Below, one piece after another: positions 1 through 8,702 of a DNA stretch of 24,206 nt. The stretch's first letter is position 1; each line of letters opens with the position of its first letter. The DNA comes from Escherichia coli (GTDB lineage: Bacteria; Pseudomonadota; Gammaproteobacteria; Enterobacterales; Enterobacteriaceae). Location: the NCBI RefSeq assembly GCF_003334315.1, contig NZ_QOWR01000065.1; one strand, given 5' to 3'. Below the pieces are notes generated by a model that saw nothing but the letters and a program-made list of their open reading frames with translations, was not told the origin of the DNA and did not search any database. Both the position numbers and the translations under genes were made by a program.

Positions 1-109
1 CTTTTCAAAAGGGTATTTTGGCTTTGACATATTAGGGGCTATTCCATTTCATCGTCCAACAAAATGGGTGCAGTACATACTCGTTGGAAATCAACACAGG
101 AGGCTGGGA

Positions 110-262
110 ATGCCGCAGAAATATAGATTACTTTCTTTAATAGTGATTTGTTTCACGCTTTTATTTTTCACCTGGATGATAAGAGATTCACTGTGTGAAT
201 TGCATATTAAACAGGAGAGTTATGAGCTGGCGGCGTTTTTAGCCTGCAAATTGAAAGAGTAA
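110..262 (+). CDS. hokA: Hok/Gef-family type I toxin, 50 aa small membrane peptide
   Basis: The 50-aa translation MPQKYRLLSLIVICFTLLFFTWMIRDSLCELHIKQESYELAAFLACKLKE is a typical Hok toxin. AGGAGG lies at 98-103, 6 nt before the ATG at 110. The ORF track extends this frame upstream to a GTG at 68. Adjacency to cspA matches the K-12 layout. Confidence 0.8.
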   Translation: MPQKYRLLSLIVICFTLLFFTWMIRDSLCELHIKQESYELAAFLACKLKE

Positions 263-270
263 GAGTCTTC

Positions 271-290
271 GGCGGGAAATTATTCCCGCC
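271..290 (+). terminator. Perfect hairpin after hokA stop (GGCGGGAA-ATTA-TTCCCGCC); possible terminator or fold-back element
   Basis: 8-bp perfect inverted repeat read directly from the sequence. The downstream tract is only weakly T-rich, so terminator function is uncertain. Confidence 0.35.
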
Positions 291-392
291 TTACTTACGG
301 CGTTGCGCATTCTCATTGCACCCAAATTTATTCTTCACAAAAATAATAATAGATTTTATTACGCGATCGATTATTTATTTCCTGAAAACAAA

Positions 393-419
393 TAAAAAAA
401 TCCCCGCCAAATGGCAGGG
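393..419 (-). terminator. Rho-independent terminator of cspA
   Basis: On the minus strand, CCCUGCCA-UU-UGGCGGGG forms an 8-bp stem with one G-U pair, followed by a run of seven U. It sits about 30 nt downstream of the cspA stop. Confidence 0.7.
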
Positions 420-448
420 ATCTTAGATTCTGTGCTTTTAAGCAGAGA

Positions 449-661
449 TTACAGGCTGGTTACGTTACCAGCTGCCGGGCCTTTAGCGCCGCTTTCGATG
501 GTGAAGGACACTTTCTGACCTTCGTCCAGAGATTTGTAACCATCGTTCTGGATAGCAGAGAAGTGTACGAACACATCTTTAGAGCCATCGTCAGGAGTGA
601 TGAAGCCGAAGCCTTTGTCAGCGTTGAACCATTTTACGATACCAGTCATTTTACCGGACAT
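449..661 (-). CDS. cspA: Major cold-shock protein CspA, 70 aa
   Basis: Translation [70 protein letters not shown] carries the cold-shock domain RNP motifs KGFGFI and VFVHF. Full-length ORF. Confidence 0.97.
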
Positions 662-803
662 AGTGTATTACCTTTAATAATTAAGTGTGCCTTTCGGCGA
701 TATGGCGTGCTTTACAGATTTTGAAGCGTTAAAGGAATGTGCACTACGAGGGGTATCAACGATAACTCTTGAAGGGACTTGCCTTACTACACTGCTTTAA
801 TGG

Positions 804-814
804 TCTGTACGTCA
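804..814 (-). promoter_or_regulatory. cspA 5'-UTR cold box (TGACGTACAGA on the coding strand)
   Basis: Exact 11-nt cold-box motif at the 5' end of a roughly 160-nt leader upstream of cspA. The cold box is an established feature of the cspA leader. Confidence 0.7.
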
Positions 815-828
815 AACCGTTGATGTGC

Positions 829-880
829 ATTAAGCCACGCATTGGCGGGTGATGCAACAATTATTTTTCATATTTATGAT
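829..880 (-). promoter_or_regulatory. cspA promoter: -35 TTGCAT, 17-bp spacer, -10 CTTAAT, AT-rich UP-like tract upstream
   Basis: Minus-strand reading gives TTGCAT (852-857), a 17-bp spacer, and CTTAAT (829-834). The tract 858-880 reads CATAAATATGAAAAATAATTG. The predicted start near 822 gives a leader of about 160 nt. Confidence 0.6.
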
Positions 881-941
881 TAATCGGTTGGAAAACGGTC
901 CTGTCATCAGGACCGTAAACAGCAATAAAGTGGATAAAAGT

Positions 942-1232
942 CTATTCCATCAACTGCTTACTTAATGCCGGGTTGGCTTGAATCAAACGCATCAATTTTA
1001 GTTCGGCACTTGAAGGCTTCACGCGTCTGGATTCCCATTCCTTTACCATGGCGACTGATACGCCCAAAACCCGGGCGAAATCATCGATTTTTAATCCTGT
1101 CCCTTTTCGTAACTGCTCAATTTCGGTACAGGACGTTGTTCTGTGCGTCAGGGTAATTTTCTGCGTTTCATCTTTAAAAACAATCTGTTCCAGGCTGCTC
1201 AACAGCTCATGCATTGGATCTTTATATTCCAT
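942..1232 (-). CDS. yiaG: XRE-family helix-turn-helix transcriptional regulator YiaG, 96 aa
   Basis: Full-length 96-aa ORF with an HTH region (LGVSVAMVKEWESRR). Position between cspA and yiaF matches K-12. Confidence 0.85.
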   Translation of the reverse strand: MEYKDPMHELLSSLEQIVFKDETQKITLTHRTTSCTEIEQLRKGTGLKIDDFARVLGVSVAMVKEWESRRVKPSSAELKLMRLIQANPALSKQLME

Positions 1233-1665
1233 TGAAAACTCCTCAAATCACACTGCGGGATCGTGAATTGCATCGAAGCTCATTAAGAATAGTCGGGAAA
1301 AGCAGACACAGCGGGGTGAAGTCAGGGCATGCTCTGGCTATGATTCGATTCAGCCTGTCATTTAGCGTGACTTATAGCCACCTAACGATCTGATAAATGC
1401 CGATATATCTCTTACCACTCCTGTTTTGTAAAGATTTCGAAAATCTAACCTTCTGCGAAGGCGTAAATCTCTGGCTACAAAAAAGGCAACGGCACTATCA
1501 TTTTTTAACAATGAAACAACAAATTAACCTTGTTTCATTTTCTCCATGATTTTACCAGGAAGATTACGTAGAAAGGGTATCCTGCAAGCCTGTCCTGGAC
1601 TATCCTTGTCACGTCAGACACGCGTGTGTCGTTGTGCGCTTTTTTTGGGTGAAAGGAGTAAGAAA

Positions 1666-2376
1666 ATGGCGACAGGAAAGTCCTGCTCTCGCTGGTTTGC
1701 GCCTCTTGCGGCGTTATTAATGGTAGTTAGCCTGAGTGGGTGTTTTGATAAAGAAGGCGATCAGCGTAAAGCGTTTATCGACTTCCTGCAGAATACAGTG
1801 ATGCGTAGCGGTGAACGTCTACCAACCCTGACTGCCGATCAGAAAAAACAGTTTGGTCCTTTTGTCTCTGATTACGCGATTCTGTATGGTTATTCTCAGC
1901 AGGTGAATCAGGCGATGGATTCCGGTCTGCGCCCGGTTGTAGACAGCGTTAACGCAATTCGCGTACCGCAGGATTACGTTACGCAAAGCGGTCCGCTGCG
2001 TGAAATGAATGGTTCGCTGGGTGTGCTGGCGCAACAACTGCAAAATGCGAAGTTGCAGGCCGATGCTGCGCACTCTGCGCTAAAACAGAGTGATGACCTG
2101 AAACCGGTCTTTGATCAGGCATTCACCAAAGTGGTAACGACGCCAGCTGATGCATTGCAACCGTTGATTCCGGCGGCACAAACTTTCACGCAACAACTGG
2201 TGATGGTTGGAGACTACATTGCCCAACAAGGTACTCAGGTGAGCTTTGTCGCAAATGGCATCCAGTTCCCGACTTCACAGCAGGCAAGTGAATATAACAA
2301 ACTGATTGCGCCATTACCGGCACAGCATCAGGCGTTTAATCAGGCCTGGACTACAGCAGTTACTGCAACCCAATAA
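1666..2376 (+). CDS. yiaF: Lipoprotein YiaF (DUF3053 family), 236 aa
   Basis: AAGGAG at 1653-1658 precedes the ATG at 1666. The N-terminus MATGKSCSRWFAPLAALLMVVSLSGC has a signal peptide and an LSGC lipobox. The ORF-track start at 1546 is an in-frame upstream extension without an RBS. Confidence 0.85.
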   Translation: MATGKSCSRWFAPLAALLMVVSLSGCFDKEGDQRKAFIDFLQNTVMRSGERLPTLTADQKKQFGPFVSDYAILYGYSQQVNQAMDSGLRPVVDSVNAIRVPQDYVTQSGPLREMNGSLGVLAQQLQNAKLQADAAHSALKQSDDLKPVFDQAFTKVVTTPADALQPLIPAAQTFTQQLVMVGDYIAQQGTQVSFVANGIQFPTSQQASEYNKLIAPLPAQHQAFNQAWTTAVTATQ

Positions 2377-2382
2377 AGAGTA

Positions 2383-2407
2383 AAAGCCCGAGCGATTATC
2401 GGGCTTT
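2383..2407. terminator. Bidirectional hairpin terminator between convergent yiaF and ghrB
   Basis: AAAGCCCGA-GCGATTA-TCGGGCTTT is a perfect 9-bp stem with A/T-rich flanks on both strands. A second hairpin GTCGCGG-CTTA-GTCCGCGAC follows at about 2417-2440. Confidence 0.65.
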
Positions 2408-2425
2408 ACTCCACGCAGTCGCGGC

Positions 2426-3400
2426 TTAGTCCGCGACGTGCGGATTCACACAGTTCTTCTCAACCTTTCCTTGTAACGCATCAATCAAATTATCCACGGC
2501 ACAGGCGGCCATGCCATAACGCGTCTCATGGGTGGCAGATCCAATATGCGGTACTGCGACGACGTTGGCCATTGAGAGCAACGGCGAATCTACGGACAGT
2601 GGCTCTTGTTCGAAGACATCCAGCCCGGCAGCGTGAATTTCGCCTTTCTGCAATGCTGCGATCAGTGCATTTTCGTCAACCACCGGGCCACGTCCGGCAT
2701 TAATGAAAATGGCGGAGGATTTCATTTTGGCGAATTGTTCTGCGCCAAACAGATGATGCGTCTCATCAGTTAACGGCAGGATCAGGCAAACGAAATCTGA
2801 CTCTTGTAACAGAGTATCCAAATCGCAGTAGCGGGCGTTGAAGCGTTCTTCTGCTTCTTTATGGTGGCGGCGCGCGTTATAGAGGATGGGCATGTTGAAG
2901 CCAAAGTGCGCACGTTGTGCCAGCGCCATGCCGATCCGTCCCATCCCGACAATGCCCAGTGTTTTATGGTGAACGTCAGTGCCGTACCAGTCCGGGCCTA
3001 TGCTCGCGGTCCATTCGCCTGCTTTTACCCGTTCTGCTACCTCCACAACCCGACGAGCGGTAGACAACACCAGCGCCATCAGCGTATCGGCGACGGTTTC
3101 TGTTAATACGGTTGGCGTGTGCATCAGCAGAATTTTTCGGGCGGTAAGCGCATCGACATCAAAATTGTCATAGCCGACGGAGATCGTTGATGTGGCACGC
3201 AGTTTCGGCATTTTTTCCAGCAATGCGGCATTTACATTCTCGTTTGAACCCAGTAAACCTTCAGCTTCGGCAAAAATTGCTGCATTTTGTTCGACGGTTT
3301 GTGGGCTGAGGTTTGCCACCTGGTGAACGGTGAAATGCTCTTGCAGGCGTTGCAGTAAATCATCAGGTAAGGCTTTGTAGAGGATAACGGACGGCTTCAT
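2426..3400 (-). CDS. ghrB: Glyoxylate/hydroxypyruvate reductase B (2-ketogluconate reductase), D-isomer 2-hydroxyacid dehydrogenase family, 324 aa
   Basis: The NAD-binding motif [16 protein letters not shown] and catalytic region are recognisable. Start set at MKPSVILYK (3400) with GGAGAG upstream; the ORF track begins 4 codons earlier. Confidence 0.9.
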   Translation of the reverse strand: MKPSVILYKALPDDLLQRLQEHFTVHQVANLSPQTVEQNAAIFAEAEGLLGSNENVNAALLEKMPKLRATSTISVGYDNFDVDALTARKILLMHTPTVLTETVADTLMALVLSTARRVVEVAERVKAGEWTASIGPDWYGTDVHHKTLGIVGMGRIGMALAQRAHFGFNMPILYNARRHHKEAEERFNARYCDLDTLLQESDFVCLILPLTDETHHLFGAEQFAKMKSSAIFINAGRGPVVDENALIAALQKGEIHAAGLDVFEQEPLSVDSPLLSMANVVAVPHIGSATHETRYGMAACAVDNLIDALQGKVEKNCVNPHVAD

Positions 3401-3467
3401 GCTTCTCTCCATTCACTGATAAGGCGATCACCTTAGCCTGAAATATGATGAAGGAAAACTGAAGAAT

Positions 3468-3493
3468 GCCAGGTGATTTCTGCATCACCTGGC
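3468..3493 (-). terminator. Terminator hairpin downstream of yiaD
   Basis: Perfect 10-bp inverted repeat GCCAGGTGAT-TTCTGC-ATCACCTGGC, followed on the minus strand by a T-rich tract (ATTCTTCAGTTTTCC). Confidence 0.6.
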
Positions 3494-3503
3494 ATGAAAG
3501 GGA

Positions 3504-4163
3504 TTACAGCGGGCTTAAGGTAATTTCTACACGGCGGTTTTGCGCCTTACCTTCTGCGGTGCTGTTGCTGGCGATTGGGTTAGCCGGGCCAAGGCCCTGA
3601 GTACGGATGCGGCTGGCGTCCACGCCCTGGGTGATCAACGCGCTGGCAACGGAATCCGCACGTTGCTGGGAGAGACGCATGTTCAGGTCGTGACCACCCG
3701 TGCTGTCGGTATAACCAATCACGTTAACCGCCGTTTTCGGATACTCTTTCAGTACCATTGCCACGCCGGTCAGGGTGTTAGCGCCCGCCGGTTTCAGGGT
3801 CGCGCTGCTGCTGTCGAAGGTCACATTGTTCGGCATATTGAGGATAATGTTATCCCCGCTGCGGGTTACGCTAACACCAGTGCCGCGCATTTTGTCGCGC
3901 AGCTTCGCTTCCTGCACATCCATGTAATAACCAACGCCGCCGCCCAGAGCTGCGCCTGCTGCTGCGCCAATCAGCGCGCCTTTACCGCGATCTTTCTTCG
4001 AAGAAGAGAGCGCACCAATACCCGCGCCCACGAGAGAGCCCAGACCTGCGCCGATAGCAGATTTACCTGCTTCGCGTTCGCCGGTGTAAGGGTTAGTTGT
4101 GCAGCCAGATACCGCCAGAGCGCCACTCACTACGGCGGCAATAAGATAAACACGTTTCTTCAT
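3504..4163 (-). CDS. yiaD: OmpA-family peptidoglycan-associated lipoprotein YiaD, 219 aa
   Basis: Signal peptide with lipobox (LAVSGC), a glycine-rich segment, and a C-terminal OmpA-like domain (NMRLSQQRADSV, NRRVEI). Confidence 0.88.
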   Translation of the reverse strand: MKKRVYLIAAVVSGALAVSGCTTNPYTGEREAGKSAIGAGLGSLVGAGIGALSSSKKDRGKGALIGAAAGAALGGGVGYYMDVQEAKLRDKMRGTGVSVTRSGDNIILNMPNNVTFDSSSATLKPAGANTLTGVAMVLKEYPKTAVNVIGYTDSTGGHDLNMRLSQQRADSVASALITQGVDASRIRTQGLGPANPIASNSTAEGKAQNRRVEITLSPL

Positions 4164-4315
4164 TGTTAATCCTTAATAACCTTTTTATTCTTTGCCACGG
4201 GTTCCGTGGCGGGAGATTATGCCGCGTGAACATGAAGATTATTCCTGGGAATACTCGGAAATTTGTAAGTAATATTTAACTGCTCAATACATCTAACCTT
4301 TCAGGAGTCTTCGGT

Positions 4316-6649
4316 TTGGCCAACTCATCCTCACGATATTCCGTTCTGACTGCCGCCCATTGGGGGCCCATGCTGGTTGAAACCGACGGCGAAACCGTGT
4401 TTAGCTCGCGTGGCGCGTTAGCCACAGGAATGGAAAACTCCTTGCAGAGCGCGGTTCGCGACCAGGTTCACAGCAATACGCGGGTACGATTTCCAATGGT
4501 GCGAAAAGGCTTTCTTGCGTCACCGGAAAACCCGCAAGGCATTCGTGGGCAGGATGAATTTGTTCGCGTGAGTTGGGATGAGGCGCTGGATCTTATTCAC
4601 CAACAACATAAACGCATTCGTGAGGCTTATGGTCCGGCATCGATTTTTGCTGGTTCCTACGGCTGGCGTTCAAACGGCGTGCTGCATAAGGCCTCGACAT
4701 TATTACAACGCTATATGGCGCTGGCAGGCGGTTATACCGGGCATCTGGGGGATTATTCGACCGGCGCGGCACAGGCGATCATGCCGTATGTCGTGGGTGG
4801 TAGTGAAGTTTATCAACAGCAGACCAGTTGGCCGCTGGTGCTGGAACATAGCGATGTCGTGGTGCTGTGGAGTGCTAACCCACTCAATACGCTGAAAATT
4901 GCGTGGAATGCATCCGATGAGCAGGGGCTTTCTTACTTTTCTGCACTGCGTGACAGCGGGAAAAAGCTGATCTGCATTGATCCAATGCGATCGGAAACCG
5001 TCGATTTCTTTGGCGATAAAATGGAGTGGGTGGCACCGCACATGGGCACCGATGTTGCGCTGATGCTGGGGATCGCCCATACGCTGGTGGAAAATGGTTG
5101 GCACGACGAAGCGTTTCTGGCGCGTTGCACCACAGGTTATGCCGTCTTCGCTTCTTATTTGCTGGGCGAGAGTGACGGAATAGCGAAAACCGCCGAATGG
5201 GCAGCAGAGATTTGTGGTGTTGGCGCAGCGAAAATCCGCGAGCTGGCGGCTATTTTCCACCAAAATACCACCATGCTGATGGCAGGCTGGGGAATGCAGC
5301 GCCAACAGTTTGGTGAGCAAAAACACTGGATGATCGTCACGCTGGCAGCAATGTTGGGGCAAATCGGCACACCCGGCGGCGGTTTTGGTCTTTCTTACCA
5401 TTTTGCCAATGGTGGTAACCCCACGCGGCGTTCTGCGGTGCTCTCTTCCATGCAGGGCAGCTTGCCGGGTGGCTGCGATGCGGTGGATAAAATCCCTGTT
5501 GCCCGCATTGTTGAAGCACTGGAAAACCCTGGTGGCGCATATCAACACAACGGTATGAACCGACATTTCCCGGATATTCGTTTTATCTGGTGGGCGGGTG
5601 GTGCCAACTTTACTCATCATCAGGATACCAATCGCCTGATCCGTGCCGGGCAAAAACCGGAGCTGGTGGTGATCTCTGAATGCTTCTGGACGGCGGCGGC
5701 AAAACACGCGGATATCGTTCTGCCTGCGACTACCTCTTTTGAGCGTAATGATCTCACCATGACCGGTGATTACAGTAATCAGCATCTGGTGCCGATGAAG
5801 CAAGTGGTGCCGCCACGCTATGAAGCGCGTAATGATTTTGATGTTTTTGCCGAGTTAAGTGAACGCTGGGAGAAGGGCGGTTATGCACGTTTTACGGAAG
5901 GAAAAAGTGAGCTGCAATGGCTGGAAACGTTTTATAACGTTGCCCGACAGCGCGGGGCAAGCCAGCAGGTTGAATTGCCGCCATTTGCTGAGTTCTGGCA
6001 AGCCAACCAGTTAATTGAGATGCCGGAAAACCCGGACAGCGAGCGGTTTATTCGCTTCGCTGATTTTTGCCGCGATCCGCTGGCGCATCCGTTAAAAACC
6101 GCCAGCGGCAAGATTGAAATCTTCTCACAGCGTATTGCCGATTACGGTTACCCGGATTGCCCTGGGCATCCAATGTGGCTGGAGCCGGACGAATGGCAGG
6201 GCAATGCCGAACCAGAACAGTTGCAGGTACTTTCTGCCCATCCGGCGCACCGCCTGCACAGCCAGCTGAATTACAGTTCTCTGCGCGAATTGTACGCGGT
6301 GGCAAATCGTGAGCCTGTCACCATTCATCCTGACGATGCCCAGGAGCGCGGCATACAAGATGGCGATACTGTTCGGTTGTGGAACGCACGCGGGCAAATT
6401 CTTGCCGGAGCGGTCATTAGCGAGGGAATTAAACCTGGCGTGATTTGCATTCACGAAGGGGCATGGCCGGATCTGGATTTAACCGCTGACGGTATTTGTA
6501 AAAACGGCGCAGTGAACGTGCTGACCAAAGATCTCCCCAGCTCGCGGCTGGGGAATGGCTGTGCGGGTAATACGGCGCTGGCATGGCTGGAAAAATACAA
6601 CGGTCCGGAACTGACACTTACAGCGTTTGAACCACCGGCCAGCTCATAA
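4316..6649 (+). CDS. bisC: Biotin sulfoxide reductase, molybdopterin oxidoreductase of the DMSO reductase family, 777 aa
   Basis: Long ORF with molybdopterin oxidoreductase features. The apparent start is TTG at 4316, with CAGGAG at 4302-4307. Length matches K-12 BisC. Confidence 0.9.
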   Translation: MANSSSRYSVLTAAHWGPMLVETDGETVFSSRGALATGMENSLQSAVRDQVHSNTRVRFPMVRKGFLASPENPQGIRGQDEFVRVSWDEALDLIHQQHKRIREAYGPASIFAGSYGWRSNGVLHKASTLLQRYMALAGGYTGHLGDYSTGAAQAIMPYVVGGSEVYQQQTSWPLVLEHSDVVVLWSANPLNTLKIAWNASDEQGLSYFSALRDSGKKLICIDPMRSETVDFFGDKMEWVAPHMGTDVALMLGIAHTLVENGWHDEAFLARCTTGYAVFASYLLGESDGIAKTAEWAAEICGVGAAKIRELAAIFHQNTTMLMAGWGMQRQQFGEQKHWMIVTLAAMLGQIGTPGGGFGLSYHFANGGNPTRRSAVLSSMQGSLPGGCDAVDKIPVARIVEALENPGGAYQHNGMNRHFPDIRFIWWAGGANFTHHQDTNRLIRAGQKPELVVISECFWTAAAKHADIVLPATTSFERNDLTMTGDYSNQHLVPMKQVVPPRYEARNDFDVFAELSERWEKGGYARFTEGKSELQWLETFYNVARQRGASQQVELPPFAEFWQANQLIEMPENPDSERFIRFADFCRDPLAHPLKTASGKIEIFSQRIADYGYPDCPGHPMWLEPDEWQGNAEPEQLQVLSAHPAHRLHSQLNYSSLRELYAVANREPVTIHPDDAQERGIQDGDTVRLWNARGQILAGAVISEGIKPGVICIHEGAWPDLDLTADGICKNGAVNVLTKDLPSSRLGNGCAGNTALAWLEKYNGPELTLTAFEPPASS

Positions 6650-7058
6650 TCCATGTGGGTAGTTGGGTTTCATCCTGCCATGCGCAATCGACAATGTGAA
6701 AACCCTGTGCCTGGTAAAAATTTATCGCCGGTTGATTTTTTTGATAAACCTCCAGCATCAGGTGGGGATGGCGCTGCTGCACATACTGCATCAGCGCCTT
6801 ACCAATACCGCGCCTGACGGCCTTCGGTGCGACAAACATCGCTGCCAGAAATCGGCCTTCCATAATGCTGACAAAACCGAGAAGCTTACCGTCTTCTTCC
6901 CAGACCCAGTTTTGCGCGTTGGCAAGATAGGCATCCCGCACCAGCGGAATGCAGTCACGCCAGTAATTCGCTTTTATAAAGGGATGCCCCCAGGTTGTAC
7001 TTTCCAGCCACAGTTCGAGGATCGCGGGGAGTTCTGAACGTTGCGCTTCCCGAATCAT
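6618..7058 (-). CDS. yiaC: GNAT-family N-acetyltransferase YiaC, 146 aa
   Basis: Full-length 146-aa ORF with an acetyl-CoA-binding motif (RRGIGKALM). Its 3' end overlaps the 3' end of bisC by 32 bp in convergent orientation. Confidence 0.85.
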   Translation of the reverse strand: MIREAQRSELPAILELWLESTTWGHPFIKANYWRDCIPLVRDAYLANAQNWVWEEDGKLLGFVSIMEGRFLAAMFVAPKAVRRGIGKALMQYVQQRHPHLMLEVYQKNQPAINFYQAQGFHIVDCAWQDETQLPTWIMSWPVVQTL

Positions 7059-7618
7059 GGTTTATTTCCCGGATAGCAACAGCAGCCAACCACATGATCA
7101 TTCACCAGCCCACATGCCTGCATAAAGGAGTAACAGATTGTGGTGCCGACAAACTTAAAACCACGTTTTTTCAGTGCCTTAGATAGGGCGTCGGAGGCGG
7201 ACGTAGATGTGGGAATTTCGCTCAACGTTGTGGCTTGTGTCACCTGTGGCTGATGATTTACAAACGACCAGACAAAGTCGACAAACGGTTCGCCGTTCTG
7301 TTCCATTTGCAGGTACGCCCGCGCATTACCAATAATTGCCTGAATTTTCCCTCGATGGCGGATAATCCCGGCGTCCTGTACCAGTCTTTCGACATCCTCT
7401 TCCTGCATTGCTGCGACCTTCACCGGATCGAACTGATGAAAGCAGGCGCGATAGTTTTCGCGTTTTTTGAGGACGGTGATCCACGATAATCCAGCCTGCT
7501 GCCCTTCAAGGCAGATCATTTCGAACAGTTTTTTACTGTCAGTTTCAGGCACGCCCCACTCATTATCATGGTAGGCAATATAAAGCGGGTCCTGACTCAC
7601 CCAGCCGCAACGTTCCAT
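7055..7618 (-). CDS. tag: DNA-3-methyladenine glycosylase I, 187 aa
   Basis: Start set at MERCGWVSQDPLYIAYHDNEWG to give the 187-aa product; the ORF-track start at 7855 is an upstream extension. The tag stop overlaps the yiaC start in an ATGA junction (7055-7058), suggesting translational coupling. Confidence 0.9.
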   Translation of the reverse strand: MERCGWVSQDPLYIAYHDNEWGVPETDSKKLFEMICLEGQQAGLSWITVLKKRENYRACFHQFDPVKVAAMQEEDVERLVQDAGIIRHRGKIQAIIGNARAYLQMEQNGEPFVDFVWSFVNHQPQVTQATTLSEIPTSTSASDALSKALKKRGFKFVGTTICYSFMQACGLVNDHVVGCCCYPGNKP

Positions 7619-7775
7619 ACTTTCCCTCGCTATGTACCCGATCGTAAAAATTTCAGCCGCTTTTCTTGACGCATCGGTGAAAAAGTCAATATTTAATACA
7701 GGGCTACTATGCCCGATATCCTTCATACAATGACAATAATATTGCCGAATTCGGCTCTTCCCTGGAGTCGTGTTA

Positions 7776-8474
7776 ATGATCATAAAAAAAAGCGGTGGTC
7801 GCTGGCAGCTAAGCCTGCTGGCGAGCGTGGTAATCAGTGCCTTTTTTCTCAACACAGCTTACGCCTGGCAACAAGAATATATCGTTGATACGCAACCCGG
7901 ACATTCCACAGAGCGTTACACCTGGGATAGTGATCATCAACCTGATTACAACGATATTTTGTCGCAACGTATTCAAAGTAGCCAAAGGGCGCTGGGACTG
8001 GAAGTCAATCTGGCAGAAGAAACCCCTGTGGATGTGACCAGCAGTATGAGTATGGGCTGGAATTTTCCTTTATATGAACAGGTTACAACCGGCCCGGTCG
8101 CGGCATTACATTACGATGGCACAACCACCTCGATGTATAACGAGTTTGGCGACAGTACTACCACGCTGACCGATCCGTTATGGCATGCCAGCGTGAGTAC
8201 CTTAGGCTGGCGTGTTGACTCCCGGCTTGGCGATCTCCGACCCTGGGCGCAAATCAGCTATAACCAGCAATTTGGCGAGAATATCTGGAAGGCGCAATCA
8301 GGCCTGAGCCGGATGACGGCGACAAACCAGAACGGCAACTGGCTGGATGTCACCGTAGGCGCTGATATGTTGCTCAATCAAAATATTGCCGCCTATGCCG
8401 CGCTAACTCAGGCAGAAAATACCACTAATAATAGCGACTATCTGTATACGATGGGGGTTAGCGCCAGATTTTAA
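7776..8474 (+). CDS. yhjY: Conserved outer-membrane beta-barrel (autotransporter-like) protein YhjY, 232 aa
   Basis: GGAG at 7764-7767 precedes the ATG at 7776. N-terminal signal peptide ending AYA and a C-terminal aromatic residue (ARF). Position matches K-12. Confidence 0.8.
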   Translation: MIIKKSGGRWQLSLLASVVISAFFLNTAYAWQQEYIVDTQPGHSTERYTWDSDHQPDYNDILSQRIQSSQRALGLEVNLAEETPVDVTSSMSMGWNFPLYEQVTTGPVAALHYDGTTTSMYNEFGDSTTTLTDPLWHASVSTLGWRVDSRLGDLRPWAQISYNQQFGENIWKAQSGLSRMTATNQNGNWLDVTVGADMLLNQNIAAYAALTQAENTTNNSDYLYTMGVSARF

Positions 8475-8588
8475 CGTAACAGTCACAATTGAAACCATTA
8501 AATAACAATAGTTGTGGCGATAGTGGGTGCTAACTTACCAAATAATAAATTTGGTGAATAATTGTCGCGTCATTCATTCCTGAACTAA

Positions 8589-8619
8589 GGCATTTCATTC
8601 CGTTCTGATGGCATTTCAT
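8589..8619 (+). promoter_or_regulatory. YpdB response-regulator binding site in the yhjX promoter: two direct repeats GGCATTTCAT separated by 11 bp
   Basis: Exact repeats at 8589-8598 and 8610-8619, read directly, 84-114 bp upstream of the yhjX start. This matches my recollection of the published YpdB motif. Confidence 0.65.
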
Positions 8620-8702
8620 GCCGTTTTTCCCCAGGCATAAAGTGCACTTCGTTATGGTTGTCGGCAGAGATTTTTCCTTTTTATTACTGCAGGAATACTG
8701 CC

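Noticed and set aside
1546-1665. N-terminal extension of yiaF (276-aa version)
   Set aside because: No RBS at 1546, whereas AAGGAG precedes the internal ATG at 1666, which gives a canonical lipoprotein signal peptide. The same reasoning was applied to the extended ORF-track starts of ghrB, tag, yhjY, yhjX, eptB and yhjV.
3540-4169. 209-aa ORF on the plus strand
   Set aside because: Antisense to yiaD over its whole length, alanine/arginine-rich. Shadow ORF.
4703-5803. 366-aa ORF on the minus strand
   Set aside because: Lies entirely antisense within bisC. Its product is low-complexity and R/H/C-rich with no recognisable domain and no RBS; a typical shadow ORF of a GC-rich gene.
7619-7855. 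Upstream extension of tag (266-aa ORF)
   Set aside because: The Tag family protein starts at MERCGWV. The extension would overlap the divergent yhjY promoter and start region.
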